From positions 576,001 through 640,000 of the forward strand of contig CAXXWQ010000004.1 in assembly GCA_963674945.2 (NCBI GenBank): 64,000 bases of DNA. The letters are read 5' to 3'. Numbering within the stretch: the first letter of the stretch is position 1; the number at the start of each line of letters is the position of its first letter. Shown in pieces: positions 60,337 to 64,000 of the stretch. The notes beneath the pieces were generated by a model, which was not told the origin of the DNA, did no database searches, and was given only the letters and a program-made list of their open reading frames with translations. A program made the translations under genes and the position numbers. The stretch comes from an uncultured Desulfosarcina sp. (lineage in GTDB: Bacteria; Desulfobacterota; Desulfobacteria; Desulfobacterales; Desulfosarcinaceae).

Positions 60337-61656
60337 ATGGGGATGTGCAGACGAAAACTGGGGAAGGATACGCGAGCGGAAATCAAGGTGGACCCGGATA
60401 TCGAGCTAAAAGACTATAGCGGACCTTTCAAGCCCGACCTGCGGTTTACGGATTTTGGCAGAGAACAACTCGGTCGGATGTATTCTCTGGCTCATCATTA
60501 CAATTACACAATACTTCGCGCCTACAGGGACTATATTCGCGAGAAGTGGGGGCCTGAAGTGCTTCTCGAAGCCCAGGAAGCCGTTTGGGGCAAAGCACTG
60601 GTGGGTGATATCCACCAATTTATCACCGAGGCGATGAATATCAAAGGGCAGGATCTGGAAGCCTTCATGAAGGCGTGGCAAATTGATCTGAATTCTCAGC
60701 CGGGCGATCATTTCGAGGTAATTTTTGAGATGCCCTCCGAAAACCGCGGAATCGTCACGTTCAACCGCTGCCCCATCGTTGAAGAGTATGAAAAGATGGG
60801 TCGAACAGATGAGTTGCGTGACATATGTGAAAAAACATGCCCTCCCGCGATGACAAATGTGGCGCATCGCTACAACACAGATCTTGTGTTGAACGTTCTG
60901 GCAATGCCCCCCCGAAAGAGCAAAGATCACATCTGTTGCAGATTTGAGGTTTGTTACAAAAACGAAACAGGAAAAGACGGCCGAGGGGAATTGGATGTCG
61001 ACCCGAAGATCGATAAGAATAGAAAAGACATCAGGGGGGAATTGGAAGTCAACCCCAATGTGGAGATGCAAGATTATAGCGGGCCGTTCAAGCCCGATCT
61101 CAGGATCACGGATTTTTCCAGAGAACAACTCGCCCGCATGTATTTAATGGCGCACCGGTACGACTTGGCCATGATGATCGCCTATCAGATGTGGATTGTC
61201 GAAAAATTCGGCTACGATATCGTTGGTGAGATGACGGAAGATATCTGGGGCGAAAGATTGATTGGTGATGTTCGTCGGCTTAACACGACGTTCATGAACA
61301 TCGATCCCCATGGTATCGAAGGTTTCATGAAAGCATGGCAGATGGATATGACGTCCCTGCCTCCGAACTTCGATATGAAGTTTGAAATGCCTTCTGTGGA
61401 CCGCGGCATCGTCACGTTCAACACATGCTATGGCGTAACGATGTTGGAACCGCTGGGCATGAATGAAGAATTATTAAAGTTATGTGCCATGGACCCGCCT
61501 GCCATCGGAAACAGCGCGAGAATCTACCACCCGGACATGAGAGTAAAAATCCATGCGTTTCCTCCCAGAGAAAGCGAGGATGAAGTCTGCTGTAAATGGG
61601 AGCTCTTCTATGACGCAACGAAACCGACAGTGACTTGGTTCGATGGAAGAGAGTGA
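60337..61656 (+). CDS. two-repeat protein of unknown function (DUF6125/V4R-like domains)
   Basis: Internal duplication: DYSGPFKPDLR.TDF.REQL.RMY..AH.Y, EMPS..RGIVTFN.C and PPR......CC each occur twice. Confidence 0.85.
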   Translation: MGMCRRKLGKDTRAEIKVDPDIELKDYSGPFKPDLRFTDFGREQLGRMYSLAHHYNYTILRAYRDYIREKWGPEVLLEAQEAVWGKALVGDIHQFITEAMNIKGQDLEAFMKAWQIDLNSQPGDHFEVIFEMPSENRGIVTFNRCPIVEEYEKMGRTDELRDICEKTCPPAMTNVAHRYNTDLVLNVLAMPPRKSKDHICCRFEVCYKNETGKDGRGELDVDPKIDKNRKDIRGELEVNPNVEMQDYSGPFKPDLRITDFSREQLARMYLMAHRYDLAMMIAYQMWIVEKFGYDIVGEMTEDIWGERLIGDVRRLNTTFMNIDPHGIEGFMKAWQMDMTSLPPNFDMKFEMPSVDRGIVTFNTCYGVTMLEPLGMNEELLKLCAMDPPAIGNSARIYHPDMRVKIHAFPPRESEDEVCCKWELFYDATKPTVTWFDGRE

Positions 61657-61708
61657 CAATCCAGTTCCAGAGAGTCAGGATTTCCACATCTCAATAGAGC
61701 CTTAGCCC

Positions 61709-62545
61709 TTAAAACTGGTAGCTTGTTCCGGACACACCGGGTTCCACACGTTGACCCAGCTCCCGCCGAAGGATTGAGACGGCATGTCTCCCGGTACAAT
61801 GGCATGGCACCACAAGTTTGGGCGCAACGGTTTGTAACGCCGCCATGGTGCGTCTCAACCTGTTTGTGTTGGCATTCAGCAGATGAAATCCGCCGATCAC
61901 GGCGGCAATGGGCGATCCGCCGCATAAATGCCGGACATGGTGCAATGTGTTGATCAGACCGGAATGGCAGCAACCGACACACACCACGATGCCCTGGACG
62001 GTGGTTATCCACAACGCCAGGTCGTCGGAAATGGGATCCGGCCGCCGGCATTCGAAATCGAGGAAAAAATCGCCGCCCACGTCTTCGTAATCCGTTAGCC
62101 GTGGGACCGGTCCTGTCAGGCCAATCCCCCCACCCAGCTGTACCTGCTCCAGAACCCAATGCATGCGATGCGCAGGAACGTTGCCAATAGCGGCCGTGGC
62201 GTCATGGGGCATCTGAATCGGGGTTGAACCATTGGGCCGCTTGCTGTAGCGGGGTCGGGTGACATCGGGGTGGCAATACAGATCCACCGGTCCGGAATTT
62301 TTCAAAATCCAGGGCAGTCCACCGGTATGATCATAATGGCCATGGCTCAATACGAGTCGGTCCAAACGCCCCGGGTCCAGCCCCATGGCGTTCATGTTGG
62401 CCGGCAGGGCTTCGCCCTGCCCCGTATCAAACAATATCCGCTGTCTGCCCGACTCCACCAGAAGCGAGAAACCATGTTCGACCATGAGTCCAGGGCCGGC
62501 CTGATTGTCTACCACAATGGTAATTTTCACGCTACCGTCCTTCAT
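61709..62545 (-). CDS. MBL-fold metallo-hydrolase (dihydropterin-RFAP synthase-like family)
   Basis: EHGFS, FDTG, SHGHYDHTGG, GCCHSG, GGFHL, PCHCTG. Confidence 0.92.
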   Translation of the reverse strand: MKDGSVKITIVVDNQAGPGLMVEHGFSLLVESGRQRILFDTGQGEALPANMNAMGLDPGRLDRLVLSHGHYDHTGGLPWILKNSGPVDLYCHPDVTRPRYSKRPNGSTPIQMPHDATAAIGNVPAHRMHWVLEQVQLGGGIGLTGPVPRLTDYEDVGGDFFLDFECRRPDPISDDLALWITTVQGIVVCVGCCHSGLINTLHHVRHLCGGSPIAAVIGGFHLLNANTNRLRRTMAALQTVAPKLVVPCHCTGRHAVSILRRELGQRVEPGVSGTSYQF

Positions 62546-62687
62546 CAGGCATGCTCTTTCACCTTATGCGCCGTAGAGAGTCGATTTGGCGTCCATGGAT
62601 GATCCATGACTTCATTCGAATCGTAATGTTGGCCGGGAACAACCAACCGCAACTATCTGACACACACCCATTTTTGACAAGATCGCC

Positions 62688-63065
62688 CTATTTGAACCTT
62701 TCCGGCTGATATCCCGCAGGCAGATGGGCGCTTCCCTTTACACATTCGATCTGCGCCCCCTCACTGATACTTCGGGCCAGGTCATCCACGCCATCGCAAA
62801 AACCGTTGCCCATCATCCACTGGCCTTCCTCCTTGTGGGCAAAGGTGCACGTGCACAGGTGTACTGCGTCGGCGCCTTTGCTTTTCAATATCTTGGCCAT
62901 CTCAACCGCATCGTCTCCCGGGCAGTGGCAGGTAAAAACGCCGATTAATTGTGCATTATCATAGATGGCAAATCCCTGGGACTGACTCTCCAGGCTTTTG
63001 ATGCACCCAGTCAACGGGCAGCGGTTCTCATTTTTTTCACACCGGATCAAACCGATTTTTGTCAT
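62688..63065 (-). CDS. CGGC domain protein
   Basis: IRC....RCPLTGC, TCHCPG, VHLCTC, FC, GSAH. Confidence 0.85.
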   Translation of the reverse strand: MTKIGLIRCEKNENRCPLTGCIKSLESQSQGFAIYDNAQLIGVFTCHCPGDDAVEMAKILKSKGADAVHLCTCTFAHKEEGQWMMGNGFCDGVDDLARSISEGAQIECVKGSAHLPAGYQPERFK

Positions 63066-63120
63066 GCAGTCTCCTTTTCATCTGATGTTAATTAACCAAT
63101 GGAATAACCATTTCTACGTG

Positions 63121-63136
63121 AGCATGGGACGTGCCA
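63121..63136 (-). promoter_or_regulatory. sigma-54 -24/-12 promoter
   Basis: TGGCACGTCCCATGCT, about 55 nt upstream of the CGGC gene. Confidence 0.8.
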
Positions 63137-63213
63137 ATGATAAAAGATGAACCCAATTAACATATATCTATTTGATTTTTAAATAGTAAAATAATATATT
63201 CAGAAATCTTATG

Positions 63214-63261
63214 GTCGCCTATATGCGACTATAGACATTCAGATAGTCGTATTGTCGCCAC
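63214..63261. promoter_or_regulatory. paired palindromic upstream activator sites
   Basis: GTCGC-N6-GCGAC (63214-63229) and degenerate GTCGT-N6-GCCAC (63246-63261); an AT-rich tract lies between them and the promoter. Confidence 0.55.
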
Positions 63262-63491
63262 CATTTTCCAGCCATCCGACCGGAATGGTCAGACCGTCCT
63301 ATCGCAGTCCTTAGATCAAACACGGCGTTCGTTCAAATGTCGAACCACACCTGGTGTACCCTTTCATAATCCGTAGTTAGCTTAATTTTTTTCTCAAGAT
63401 TTTAATTTGACGACCTATAATCTAACCAGAGGGGAACCCTCAGTATAATAAAATCGGCAAGGATATTTGTAGAATACAAAGGAGAATTGCC

Positions 63492-63773
63492 ATGTTTGAA
63501 CCTGTACGCGAAGCATTCGTCAAAATAGCGAACCTATCAGACGATTACCAGTCAATCGGAAACAGACAGTTGGCCTATCAAAAAGTTCAAAGAACGGCAA
63601 GAAAACGGCCAATCGTAAAAACGAAGAAGACTGGAAATTCCAAATCCAGTACCGATCACGAGTCAAGCGAGAACAATATTGGCGATAATCTTCTATTTGA
63701 GAACTATGACAAAGATGGAAATATGATATCGCGATTTCCCAAGAAGAAAAAACGCATCGGCAAAATCGTATAA
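63492..63773 (+). CDS. small hypothetical protein
   Basis: AGGAG RBS; 93 aa. Confidence 0.6.
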   Translation: MFEPVREAFVKIANLSDDYQSIGNRQLAYQKVQRTARKRPIVKTKKTGNSKSSTDHESSENNIGDNLLFENYDKDGNMISRFPKKKKRIGKIV

Positions 63774-64000
63774 TAAAAGTAAAACCGTACCAAACGGTTC
63801 GGGTTCGAAAAAAAGCGCCATTTTGTAGAGACCAACGATATACAAATCCAGCACCGATTTTTATTTCCGGATGTACTTGACAGGAAGAAAACATTATGTT
63901 TTAGTTGTTGCATATATTCGCAATTAATTATTTATTTAAATAGACAAGATGATGAAAAATACAAAACTCGATCAGGCAATTTTCCAAGTCCATGCTGACT

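Noticed and set aside
1..64000. CRISPR array, cas genes, rRNA, tRNA, riboswitches
   Set aside because: No regularly spaced direct repeats and no recognisable RNA gene or B12/SAM riboswitch motif were seen by eye. A covariance search could still find small RNAs.

Overview
A 64-kb bacterial window whose gene content and style point to an anaerobic Desulfobacterota/deltaproteobacterium (inference from protein families, not verified). No rRNA, tRNA or CRISPR array was seen. (1) 1-23.2 kb looks like a sigma-54-linked stress/adaptation island. It holds a KamA radical-SAM + YkgJ + two ATP-grasp + GNAT/deacetylase-fusion operon, dksA, an NtrC-type activator, corA, cbpA-cbpM, mscS, a GNAT-nitrilase fusion, Hsp20, a stand-alone CBM48 protein, and many collapsed gene relics (mgtE, degP, glgA, a second mscS). 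(2) A 2.46-kb IS truncates a CNNM/DUF21 gene. (3) 26-37.3 kb carries DUF1638, a lipoprotein TPR-CHAT protease, a UroD/MtaA-like methyltransferase plus corrinoid protein, and a convergent operon of a double-cubane-type reductase, ABC importer, TauE and a truncated methyltransferase. (4) 38-51 kb carries RNA-binding proteins, a hybrid kinase, MarR, a membrane protein + VWA lipoprotein operon and a rhodanese-MBL fusion. (5) 51.5-63.8 kb carries a methyltransferase / LolA-like / beta-barrel / MMPL cluster, HD-GYP, a dead acyl-CoA dehydrogenase, a tandem-domain protein and a sigma-54 CGGC-MBL pair. The best candidate for an uncharacterised system is the beta-amino-acid/ATP-grasp operon at 1-4923, followed by the double-cubane/ABC/methyltransferase locus. 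All family calls come from motif recognition by eye; no searches were run.
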